Source of the DNA: Desulfuromonadales bacterium
GTDB taxonomy: Bacteria > Desulfobacterota > Desulfuromonadia > Geobacterales > Pseudopelobacteraceae
Length of the DNA: 64,000 bases
NCBI GenBank assembly: GCA_013349405.1
Contig: DUZS01000004.1
Coordinates: 94,726-158,725, forward strand
Direction: 5' to 3'
Below the pieces are notes generated by a model. It searched no databases. It had not been told where the DNA came from and saw nothing but the letters and a program-made list of their open reading frames with translations. Position 1 is the stretch's first letter. Every line of letters starts with the position of its first letter. Positions 25,239 to 32,664 of this stretch are shown here, in pieces. The translations under genes were made by a program, and so were the position numbers.

Positions 25239-26975
25239 ATGAGTATCCACTCTCGGGAATTGGCCAAAGAAATTGAGATCGGTATGGCTGTAGAGGCCGA
25301 TGAGGGTGATCTGGGGCAGGAAGATATAAGCGAAGCCACCGTGATTTCCATTGTTCATGACCTGGCGGGAAATGTTGAGTCTGTCGTTGCCGAGAAAGGG
25401 ATTATCTTCAGAAAAGAGATTAATATTCCAGTGGAGAGGCTTCTGTCCGTTTCGCCCGATTCGTGCGGTTATGCATCAGGTCATTCGCCGGGTAAACTGA
25501 TCTTCTCAGCAAGTGAAGATGAGGTTGATGCGCTTACGTCCGTTGGAGAAGAGGCGTTTCCACCTATAGAGTTGATCCGGCAAACGTATGGCAATGACTT
25601 GCTGGATTTGACGGAGGTAGCACTGCCCACGGTTGTCGGTTTACGCAGACTCGAAGAGGAAACAGCAGAATCAGGCCGACTGAAAACTGCATATGAAACG
25701 GGTAACGCCGGCGGCAGAGGTACCAGCGCAGATCCCATTAAGGGAGATGATGATTCTGTCGACATCTCCAAGGTTCTTGGCCCGGGGTTATTATCAGGGA
25801 TGGCAGGTAACGATGCTTCTGCAGTTGCCTCGTATTCATTGGATGGCGCTCAGAACGGCTACGGCCATCTCTGGCTGATGCTTCTCGCGACTCCGCTGCT
25901 TCAGGCCGTACAATTTGCGTGCGCCAAAATAGGTCGAATCCAGCAAAAGGGTCTTGCTGAAATACTGAGAGAACAGTACGGCAGAAAAGTGGCGCTTCCA
26001 GCTGCAGTGCTGCTGGTTGTTGCCAATATCGCCCTGATCGCTGCTGATTTGGCAGCGATCAGCACCGGAATCGAATTGATAACGGGTGTACACTGGGCGT
26101 GGTTCGCGGTGCCGGTTGCTCTCGTACTCTGGTATATCACGGTATACGAGAACTTTCGTGCCATTGAAAAAATATTTTTGGTGATGAGTATGGTTTTTGT
26201 TGCCTATATCATCACTGCATTCTTTTCAAAGCCGGATTGGAGCGCCGTGCTGACCAGCACCTTTATTCCGCACATTGACTTCGGATTTGCCAGTATCAGC
26301 ACCGCCGTTGCTCTGCTCGGCGCCACCATATCTCCGTATACGATTTTCTGGCAGGTGCAGGGAGAAAAAGAAGACAAGCGCTTCGGTTCAACAGAGCGTA
26401 AGTTCCGACTTGCCGCTCTGGACATTGCCGCCGGGGTGATCAGTGGCAATGTGATTGCGTACTTCATTGTGGTCTCTACCGCAGCAACACTGTTTGCCAA
26501 TCACCAGCAAATACATAGCGCACTCGATGCTGCACGCGCTCTGGAGCCACTGGTCGGGCCCTTTGCCAAATACCTGTTCGCCTTGGGACTGATAGGTGCG
26601 GGAGTTATTGCCATCCCGGTGTTGTTGGCCAGTGCGTCTTATGGAGTCGCCGGCACCATCGGCTGGCCGTCCGGTCTGTCGAAGAAACCGTGGCAGAACG
26701 AGGGGTTTTATCTGATCATGACAGTAGGTCTTGCGGTAAGCCTGCTCCTCGCTCTCATTGGTCTGGATCCGGTGCATCTCATGTTCTGGGCAAATGTGCT
26801 GCAAGGGGTACTGTCACCGGCACTGGTGGTATTACTTGTGGTTATTGGCAACAATCCCAAAATAATGGGTGGGAACAAACTGGGCCTGGCAACCAACGCT
26901 GGACTGGTGATGGCGGCCATAGTCATGTTCGGCGCTTCACTGCTGCTTTTCTACGGGTTGGCGACAGGACAATAA
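25239..26975 (+). CDS. NRAMP-family divalent metal transporter with an approx. 190-aa N-terminal cytoplasmic extension
   Basis: The C-terminal approx. 390 aa show GPGLLSGMAGNDASAV...WLMLLATPLLQAVQ and about 11 TM segments. The N-terminal part (IEIGMAVEADEGDLG...VVAEKGIIFRKEINIPVERLLSV) looks PRC-barrel/DUF2171-like. Confidence 0.8.
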   Translation: MSIHSRELAKEIEIGMAVEADEGDLGQEDISEATVISIVHDLAGNVESVVAEKGIIFRKEINIPVERLLSVSPDSCGYASGHSPGKLIFSASEDEVDALTSVGEEAFPPIELIRQTYGNDLLDLTEVALPTVVGLRRLEEETAESGRLKTAYETGNAGGRGTSADPIKGDDDSVDISKVLGPGLLSGMAGNDASAVASYSLDGAQNGYGHLWLMLLATPLLQAVQFACAKIGRIQQKGLAEILREQYGRKVALPAAVLLVVANIALIAADLAAISTGIELITGVHWAWFAVPVALVLWYITVYENFRAIEKIFLVMSMVFVAYIITAFFSKPDWSAVLTSTFIPHIDFGFASISTAVALLGATISPYTIFWQVQGEKEDKRFGSTERKFRLAALDIAAGVISGNVIAYFIVVSTAATLFANHQQIHSALDAARALEPLVGPFAKYLFALGLIGAGVIAIPVLLASASYGVAGTIGWPSGLSKKPWQNEGFYLIMTVGLAVSLLLALIGLDPVHLMFWANVLQGVLSPALVVLLVVIGNNPKIMGGNKLGLATNAGLVMAAIVMFGASLLLFYGLATGQ

Positions 26976-26999
26976 AACATGTGAAAAGGAGGAGTCGTA

Positions 27000-27587
27000 A
27001 TGAAATCGGCAGAAACTGCAAAAAAATTCCCGGTTGTGTGTGTCGGCGGATCGGCCGGCGGTCTCGATGCCTATATCCGGTTACTGCAACATCTGCCGGC
27101 TGATATGGGGGTTGCCATCGTCATCGTCAATCATCTGAGAACCGTGGCGACCATGCTTCACAAAATTCTTCCCCGATATACGGAGATGCCGGTTGAACTG
27201 ATTACGGACTCCCTGCTCATTGAGCCCAACCATGTATTCATTATTCCGGAAAAGCGGGATTTGCATGTACGTGAGGGTGAATTTCGTCTGGAGCCGATAT
27301 CGAAGCCGAGAGGGTGGCCGGATGTGATTACCGTATTCATGCGCTCATTGACCGAAAACTGGGATGGCACGCTGATTGCGGTAATAGTTTCCGGATTTGA
27401 TGGTGATGGTGCAAATGCTCTGTGCGGTATTAAAGAAGTTGGCGGCATAACAATCGCGCAAAGGCCGGACACCGCCGCTCAGCCGGATATGCCTGAAAGC
27501 GCAATTGATAGCGGCTGTATCGATTTCATTCTCTCACCTAAGGACATTGCCAAAAAAATAGTCGAGATTGTCAACTTAGTTTACTGA
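27000..27587 (+). CDS. stand-alone CheB-type methylesterase domain protein (no receiver domain)
   Basis: VVCVGGSAGGLDAYIRLLQHLP, IVIVNHL and GFDGDGANAL match the Ser/His/Asp context of CheB. Paralogous to the N-terminus of 37552-40251. Confidence 0.75.
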   Translation: MKSAETAKKFPVVCVGGSAGGLDAYIRLLQHLPADMGVAIVIVNHLRTVATMLHKILPRYTEMPVELITDSLLIEPNHVFIIPEKRDLHVREGEFRLEPISKPRGWPDVITVFMRSLTENWDGTLIAVIVSGFDGDGANALCGIKEVGGITIAQRPDTAAQPDMPESAIDSGCIDFILSPKDIAKKIVEIVNLVY

Positions 27588-27608
27588 AACGGTGGCATTG
27601 GTGGATAT

Positions 27609-28139
27609 ATGAACGTGAGAATAGTAACTTTTGGAGCAGTTGTCGCGCTGTTCGGCCTGTTGTTGCCGGTCATAGCGGCAATTTATGTGATTGATAACCC
27701 GTCAGATAAAATTAAAAACCCGGCATCAACGATGAATAACCCGGCAACTCAGATCAAAAATCCGGCGTCTAACATATACAACCCTGCCGATCGGATGGAA
27801 AATCCAGATCCGCTTTCTCCGGTTACCCCCGCTATTCCCAGGCCACCGGAAGCAAAAAATATTCCGGCAGTACCGGCTGTAAAAACCGGTAAAAGACCGC
27901 TGATTCGGGCTACGGTCGCAGTTCCTCACAAAGAATACCATTTCAAAACGGTTGCTGCGTATATTTTCGCCGCTAAAAAAGCCTTCAGCCGCGACAACTA
28001 CAGTGAATTTCTTGCCATTACAGATGATGCTTTGAGGCGGATAGCTGCCGGTACACTCAAAGCTTCAAACAAATCCAGGCAGACATTACTGAAGTACAAA
28101 ATATTCGGCCAGAGCTTATTAGACAGAACCGGGGAGTAA
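27609..28139 (+). CDS. membrane-anchored protein with six xNPxxxx heptad repeats
   Basis: N-terminal TM. Repeats DNPSDKI KNPASTM NNPATQI KNPASNI YNPADRM ENPDPLS. Confidence 0.6.
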   Translation: MNVRIVTFGAVVALFGLLLPVIAAIYVIDNPSDKIKNPASTMNNPATQIKNPASNIYNPADRMENPDPLSPVTPAIPRPPEAKNIPAVPAVKTGKRPLIRATVAVPHKEYHFKTVAAYIFAAKKAFSRDNYSEFLAITDDALRRIAAGTLKASNKSRQTLLKYKIFGQSLLDRTGE

Positions 28140-28150
28140 AAAATAATCAA

Positions 28151-29263
28151 TCACGTTATGCCGATGCAATTCCTGAGCGGAATGCTTACGCTGAACCTGC
28201 TCCCTATACCAAACTCACTTTCAACCCGGATGGTGCCGCCATGGAGTTCCACCAACTGCCGTATCAGGGGCAGGCAGAGGCCGGAGCCTTCGTTTTTCAG
28301 TGTATACTCCGATTCCAGAAGCGTGAAGGCTTTGAAGAGGTTCGGGAGGACCTCTTCCCTGATCCCCGTGCCCATATCCGCAATGGTAATTTTCAGCAGA
28401 TCTCCGTCCCGCACAGATTTCACGTCCACCGTTCCGTTTGCCGGGGAGAATCTGATGGCATTGGCGAGCAGGCTGAAAAATATCTGCTTGAGCATCTCAA
28501 AGTCAGCCACGATGCGCTGGTTGGCTTCCGGGGCAAGATCCGGATGGATGGCAACACCTCTTTCCTGCATCTTTTCTCTGAGCATTGCCATTGCAGCATC
28601 AAGTGCCTCCCGAATTGAACAAACGCCAAGCTCAAGCGCAATGTTCCCCGACGCCAACGTGGTACCGTTGTGGTGGACGATTTCATGTATCTGCGGCACG
28701 GTTTCTTTTTGCCTTGAGATGTTGAGCAGGGAGAGGCGGCATTCCTGCCCCGAAGAGCTGATAGCAGCTCCGATCTCTACGGTGAGTGGAAGTCCCGCGT
28801 TGTCCAGGATTACCGCTTCGCATGTTTCATCGGTTCGGGTGGTAAAGATCCTTTCGAGAAAGCGAGTGAAAGTGGTGCGACCTTCTTCCGCAAGTAATTC
28901 TCTGAAACAACGACCAGGCAGGAGCGACCGTTCAATCCGGATAAGGTTGGCAGCCGCCAGATTCACGGCGAGTATGGTACCGTCCCGGTTAAGATTAAAG
29001 TAACCCACCAGGCCATGTTCGTAGAGGTCGGTATACCTTTCCAAATCCATCTCAACTTCATAACGGGCATCACGCAACTCCGTATTCTGGATTTCCAACT
29101 CGATCTGATGAACCTCAAGATCATGGACAAGGCGCTCTGTCGCCTCGCCACTCCCGACCACACGCTCATCAGGTGTGTGCAGACGCATCTGCTCTTCCGC
29201 GATGCGGTGCAACTCATCAGAATCTGTCAAATGATTTCTGGTATGGATGATTTCCATTGGCAA
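28151..29263 (-). CDS. PAS plus HATPase_c sensor-kinase-like protein lacking a recognisable H-box
   Basis: Coiled coil LEVHQIELEIQNTELRDARYEVE, a PAS domain, then N/G1/G2 boxes (LLANAIRFSP, DMGTGI, GSGLCLPL). No SHELRTP-like phosphoacceptor motif was seen. Confidence 0.7.
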   Translation of the reverse strand: MPMEIIHTRNHLTDSDELHRIAEEQMRLHTPDERVVGSGEATERLVHDLEVHQIELEIQNTELRDARYEVEMDLERYTDLYEHGLVGYFNLNRDGTILAVNLAAANLIRIERSLLPGRCFRELLAEEGRTTFTRFLERIFTTRTDETCEAVILDNAGLPLTVEIGAAISSSGQECRLSLLNISRQKETVPQIHEIVHHNGTTLASGNIALELGVCSIREALDAAMAMLREKMQERGVAIHPDLAPEANQRIVADFEMLKQIFFSLLANAIRFSPANGTVDVKSVRDGDLLKITIADMGTGIREEVLPNLFKAFTLLESEYTLKNEGSGLCLPLIRQLVELHGGTIRVESEFGIGSRFSVSIPLRNCIGIT

Positions 29264-29473
29264 TTCTCACTTCCCGCGAATTGTTAGGAGGTATGGTGCA
29301 GTCACTTGTTTTCATCCGAATCTGTTTTTTTAAAATCAGAACCAACAGTCTCTTCATGAGCTCTTTTATTTCCAGGCGATCCTGTTTCCGGTTTTCCGAA
29401 AATCTCATCAAAGGAGCTCCTGATTTTATGAAACGCTCCGTGTGGCTTGTCTTTTGTGTAAAATTCCATGACG

Positions 29474-29854
29474 TTACCCCCGTAGAAAATGACTTTTCAG
29501 GCTCTTATACCAGGAATTTGATTTTGCATGGCGTGGGTTATGAGTAGGCAGCAGTGGTGAAAACCCTGTGTCAAAGCTCAAACGCTGAATATCCTGCTGC
29601 AGTCGCTCCGGCAGGTTGACCAGTTTCGCCTCAACGCCCCTGAATTTGGCGCACTGCATCCAGGCGTGGAGCAGTTGCAGGCCGCTCCTGTCTGCTGAAA
29701 TTACTCTCCCGCAATCAATTTTAATGTTTTTTTCTCCGCCGGATCCGAGTTTCTGCAATGAAGCCGCCAACGTATTGACGATATTGTGCGTTACGCCGGA
29801 ATGGGTCAAGTCACCGTGCAGATATGCAACTGTTCCGTTTGTATATACTTCCAT
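29474..29854 (-). CDS. STAS-domain protein (anti-sigma-antagonist/MlaB-like)
   Basis: GGAGG lies 5 nt upstream of ATG 29854. VAYLHGDLTHSGV...IKIDCGRVISADRSGLQLLHAWMQCAKFRGVEAKLVNLPERL. Confidence 0.65.
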   Translation of the reverse strand: MEVYTNGTVAYLHGDLTHSGVTHNIVNTLAASLQKLGSGGEKNIKIDCGRVISADRSGLQLLHAWMQCAKFRGVEAKLVNLPERLQQDIQRLSFDTGFSPLLPTHNPRHAKSNSWYKSLKSHFLRG

Positions 29855-29921
29855 GTAGTCCTCCTGGTATGGGTAAAGGTGAGAGAAAACTTCGCTGCTT
29901 TTGATCTGATGGCAAGTATAA

Positions 29922-29938
29922 AGCAACAAGGATGCCAT
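29922..29938 (-). promoter_or_regulatory. sigma-54 -24/-12 promoter candidate (STAS / kinase-like genes)
   Basis: Minus strand reads ATGGCAT-CCTTG-TTGCT, about 70 nt upstream of ATG 29854. Confidence 0.7.
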
Positions 29939-30104
29939 ACCGCAAACAGGGTACATAATGGCGTAACATACTGACTATAAAGGTTAAAGTATGATTCATA
30001 GAATCGGGCTGCGAAAAAACTGCCAAAAATAACTGTTATAGATGACATAGTCGTCAAATGTGGTGGAGTTTGTACCGGAGTTGCCCCTGAGCAGAAAACT
30101 GCGC

Positions 30105-30156
30105 AAAAAAAGACGGAGACAGACAGGATTTCAACCCTGCGTGCCTCCGTCTTTTT
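30105..30156 (-). terminator. intrinsic terminator of the DUF3494 gene 30206-31087
   Basis: Minus-strand RNA reads AAAAAGACGGAG...CUCCGUCUUUUUUU, a long interrupted hairpin followed by a U-tract. Confidence 0.7.
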
Positions 30157-30205
30157 GGCCTGCTGTGTTCCGTGACTGAAACCCGGAACACCTGTGTTAC
30201 GTGAC

Positions 30206-31087
30206 TTATGGTGCCGGTACGGTAATGGTGGTGTTTACCATGGTAACTGAAGCGTGCAGCGCAAGTGCTCTGCCCTGCAGTGCTGTTAATGTGGTGTTGC
30301 CTGCAGTTGAGAAAGATGCACCGGAAAAGGCGATAATAGTTCCTACCATGGTGCCGCCACCGGCAGCGTTGATTGTTGCGGCACTACCGACCTGCCAAAA
30401 AACGTTTTTGGCCTGAGCACCGTTGATCAGGTGGACACTCTGGGGGAATGCAGCACCGGGGCCACCCACGGTAAGTGTTGAAGCCATCTGGAACACGAAT
30501 GTTGCATTCGCGTCGCCACGGCCGTCAAGAGTGAGGTCTCCACCGGTTATGGCAAATGAGCCTGGTGCGGATTTGTAGACGCCTGGAGCAAGGTAACGTC
30601 CGCCGAGTTCACCGGCACCGCCGCCGAGCGTTGAAACATCAATCCCGCCCGGAAGGGCTGCGGGGGAGAGCTTGTCGAAAGCTTTTTGTGCTGCGAGTGC
30701 GACTGCGGCAGCTTTAACACCCGGGACAGAGCCACGGGGAGCGGTTGCGGTATAGACTGTTCCGGTTACGTTTCCTTTATTCATGGTCGTTTCCGTATAG
30801 ACCGCTTTACTGTCGTGGAAACCGGTAACCATCGTTGATGCGCCTGTGGTGCCGATGTCACCTTTCACTACGGTATAAATCCCTTGATTGGTCATCCCGG
30901 CGCCGCCGCCAAAAACACCGAACGTCGATGCTGCGCCAAGATCAACGATTTTGGAAACAGCCGGGGGAGGCGGGTTATGGCTATCATGGTGTTTATCAGA
31001 GCCGGCAAAAACCATTGAACTACTTGCCAAAACAGTTAACGCCAACATTCCTGCAAGATACGTTTTTGGTGCGATACAGTTTTTCAT
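30206..31087 (-). CDS. secreted DUF3494 (ice-binding-like) protein
   Basis: Signal peptide. LGAASTFGVFGGGAGMTNQG...KNVFWQVGSAATINAAGGGTMVGTIIAFSGASF. AAAGGGGA lies upstream of ATG 31087. Confidence 0.85.
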   Translation of the reverse strand: MKNCIAPKTYLAGMLALTVLASSSMVFAGSDKHHDSHNPPPPAVSKIVDLGAASTFGVFGGGAGMTNQGIYTVVKGDIGTTGASTMVTGFHDSKAVYTETTMNKGNVTGTVYTATAPRGSVPGVKAAAVALAAQKAFDKLSPAALPGGIDVSTLGGGAGELGGRYLAPGVYKSAPGSFAITGGDLTLDGRGDANATFVFQMASTLTVGGPGAAFPQSVHLINGAQAKNVFWQVGSAATINAAGGGTMVGTIIAFSGASFSTAGNTTLTALQGRALALHASVTMVNTTITVPAP

Positions 31088-31240
31088 AACATCCCCTTTT
31101 ATCAATAAGAACAGTAGCTGTTCTCTGTCGGTGCGATCAATTCTCTGGCCCTTCAGAGTGTGAATCGCGACGTGGTGTATTTATTAGTATGTTTCAATGG
31201 TTGCAGGAATAAGGCGAAAAAGGAACCTGTTCACTGAAAA

Positions 31241-31330
31241 CGTACTGATACGTGGCAACCTGGCTGTCTCTGAGAGATCCTGTAGGCTTTCCGTCCCATC
31301 CTCGCGGATGGTTTAGTAGTATCGTGTACC
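31241..31330 (-). ncRNA. GEMM-I (c-di-GMP-I class) riboswitch aptamer with the A20, cGAMP-type (GEMM-Ib) signature
   Basis: Minus-strand RNA reads GGUACACGAUACUACUAAACCAUCCGCGAGGAUGGGACGGAAAGCCUACAGGAUCUCUCAGAGACAGCCAGGUUGCCACGUAUCAGUACG. It has the conserved AAACC-stem-GNRA(GCGA)-stem-GGGACG.AAAGCC core, a swapped G21-C46 pair (C...G), and a closing stem GUAC/GAUAC with GUAUC/GUAC. Confidence 0.75.
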
Positions 31331-31475
31331 GCCGGATTTATGCCTGTTCCCGGATAAACCCCCGGTCAGTATAAATGTTCGCCTGTTACGGCGCTTAAAC
31401 CCGAATTGGGATGATCTCTCCTCCTCTTAATAAGATTTACCTGCTAACCGGTATTTCTGCACTGATACTGTAGGG

Positions 31476-31492
31476 AGCAACGAACGTGCCAG
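31476..31492 (-). promoter_or_regulatory. sigma-54 -24/-12 promoter candidate (riboswitch leader plus DUF3494 gene)
   Basis: Minus strand reads CTGGCAC-GTTCG-TTGCT. The leader to ATG 31087 is about 375 nt. Confidence 0.75.
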
Positions 31493-31570
31493 TAAATAAA
31501 AACGTATTTTTATGAGTAACTAGCCGTAATAATACATTAAATTGTTTGTTGTCGCACCTCGTGCTGAAAA

Positions 31571-31619
31571 TCTGTCACGCGTATCTGTTGTAATTAACAG
31601 AAGTGTAATATGCGGCGGG
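31571..31619. promoter_or_regulatory. upstream box (candidate enhancer/UAS)
   Basis: CTGTCACGCGTATCTGTTGTAATTAACAGAAGTGTAATATGCGGCGG, about 80-130 bp upstream of the -24 box. Confidence 0.4.
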
Positions 31620-31726
31620 CACTCATGGGTGAGTGATATCATTAATGCCGTCAGCGGTTTTCCTCAAGAAATTCATGTGCGGTTATAATCTTGAATGATG
31701 CTGTCATGAGAGGCCCCTTCATCACG

Positions 31727-32314
31727 TTACCACGATGTATGCTCAGACTTTTTCGTACCTTTTGATCTGCTGGAATTTTGTAACTGCGGCATGGCTTCCA
31801 TGACAGCGGTGCGATACATGGCTTCCAGATCATGGCGGGCATTTTCAATGATTTTTCCCGGAATTCCGGGCAGATAGCTACCGGTATAGAGGATATTCGC
31901 CGTGGTGAATTTTTCGAGCGCGGCGGAATGATCTGCAAGTGATGACAGTTGGAGTCCTTCAAGAACCGTGCTGTAAAACTCGCGCGCATCGACATGGATA
32001 CGCTTCAGGTCAATGCGTATCCCTTCAGGACCAGCAACAAGCGGATTAAAGCCCAACTCTTTCACAAGGAACACGCCGAGCGGTCGAATGACCTTCTCAT
32101 CCAGTCGATGCCTGCTGGGACGAGTTTCCGGCATATCCCACATGGAGCGACAGATACGATCCCAGGTGAAGTATAGATCGAGAGGTGAGAGCAGCGAGCA
32201 GAAAAACACTTTAAGCGTTTCATCCGGCCAGGAAGCAGCCACAGGTTTTCCCTCGTTGCTAATGCTGAAGCGTCCGAGCGTCTGGATTTCCAGAGGTGTG
32301 TCAGGTTTATCCAT
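31727..32314 (-). CDS. SARP/BTAD-like transcriptional regulator (winged-helix plus bacterial transcriptional activation domain)
   Basis: LEIQTLGRFSISNEGKPV...W...KVFFCSLL, then IRIDLKRIHVDAREF...LEKFTTANILYTGSYLPG. AGGGAG lies upstream of ATG 32314. The track start at 32422 lies upstream of the promoter. Confidence 0.6.
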   Translation of the reverse strand: MDKPDTPLEIQTLGRFSISNEGKPVAASWPDETLKVFFCSLLSPLDLYFTWDRICRSMWDMPETRPSRHRLDEKVIRPLGVFLVKELGFNPLVAGPEGIRIDLKRIHVDAREFYSTVLEGLQLSSLADHSAALEKFTTANILYTGSYLPGIPGKIIENARHDLEAMYRTAVMEAMPQLQNSSRSKGTKKSEHTSW

Positions 32315-32386
32315 CAGAGGCTCCCTGAATGATAATATGAGTTGGAGTAACAGGCAGAGAATATGGCCCTGCAAGAGGAGAAGTAA

Positions 32387-32403
32387 GGCAACTACTGTGC
32401 CAG
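32387..32403 (-). promoter_or_regulatory. sigma-54 -24/-12 promoter candidate (SARP-like regulator)
   Basis: Minus strand reads CTGGCAC-AGTAG-TTGCC, about 70 nt upstream of ATG 32314. Confidence 0.75.
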
Positions 32404-32530
32404 TTGGATATTGCTGCGGCAACTAGCTGTTTTTACGATGATTGATTAAAACGGGAGTGCTGCTGTGAAGGGTAACTGTCAGTGGAATCCGTCAGGGGTA
32501 ACATTACTGTTAAATGTGGAGGATGGTTGG

Positions 32531-32632
32531 GAAGGGGGAATATACCCCCCTCCCAGCCTCCCCCCGCTGGGGGGAGGAGCTAATTAAGTTCCCTCACCCA
32601 GCGGGGGAGGGGTAGGGAGGGGGAGGCGGGAA
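32531..32632. repeat. G-run/C-run palindromic intergenic element (REP-like), copy 1
   Basis: CCTCCCCCCGCTGGGGGGAGG and CCCTCACCCAGCGGGGGAGGGGTAGGGAGGGGGAGG. Same family flavour as 46264-46365 and 52460-52502. Confidence 0.6.
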
Positions 32633-32664
32633 AGTGAGAAAGTAAAATCAGGGGGGATTTGCCG

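Noticed and set aside
29217-29411. A 64-aa minus-strand ORF (MMRFSENRKQ...) between the STAS and kinase-like genes.
   Set aside because: It overlaps the kinase-like gene start in another frame and has no recognisable motif. It could be a leader or short peptide, but support is insufficient.
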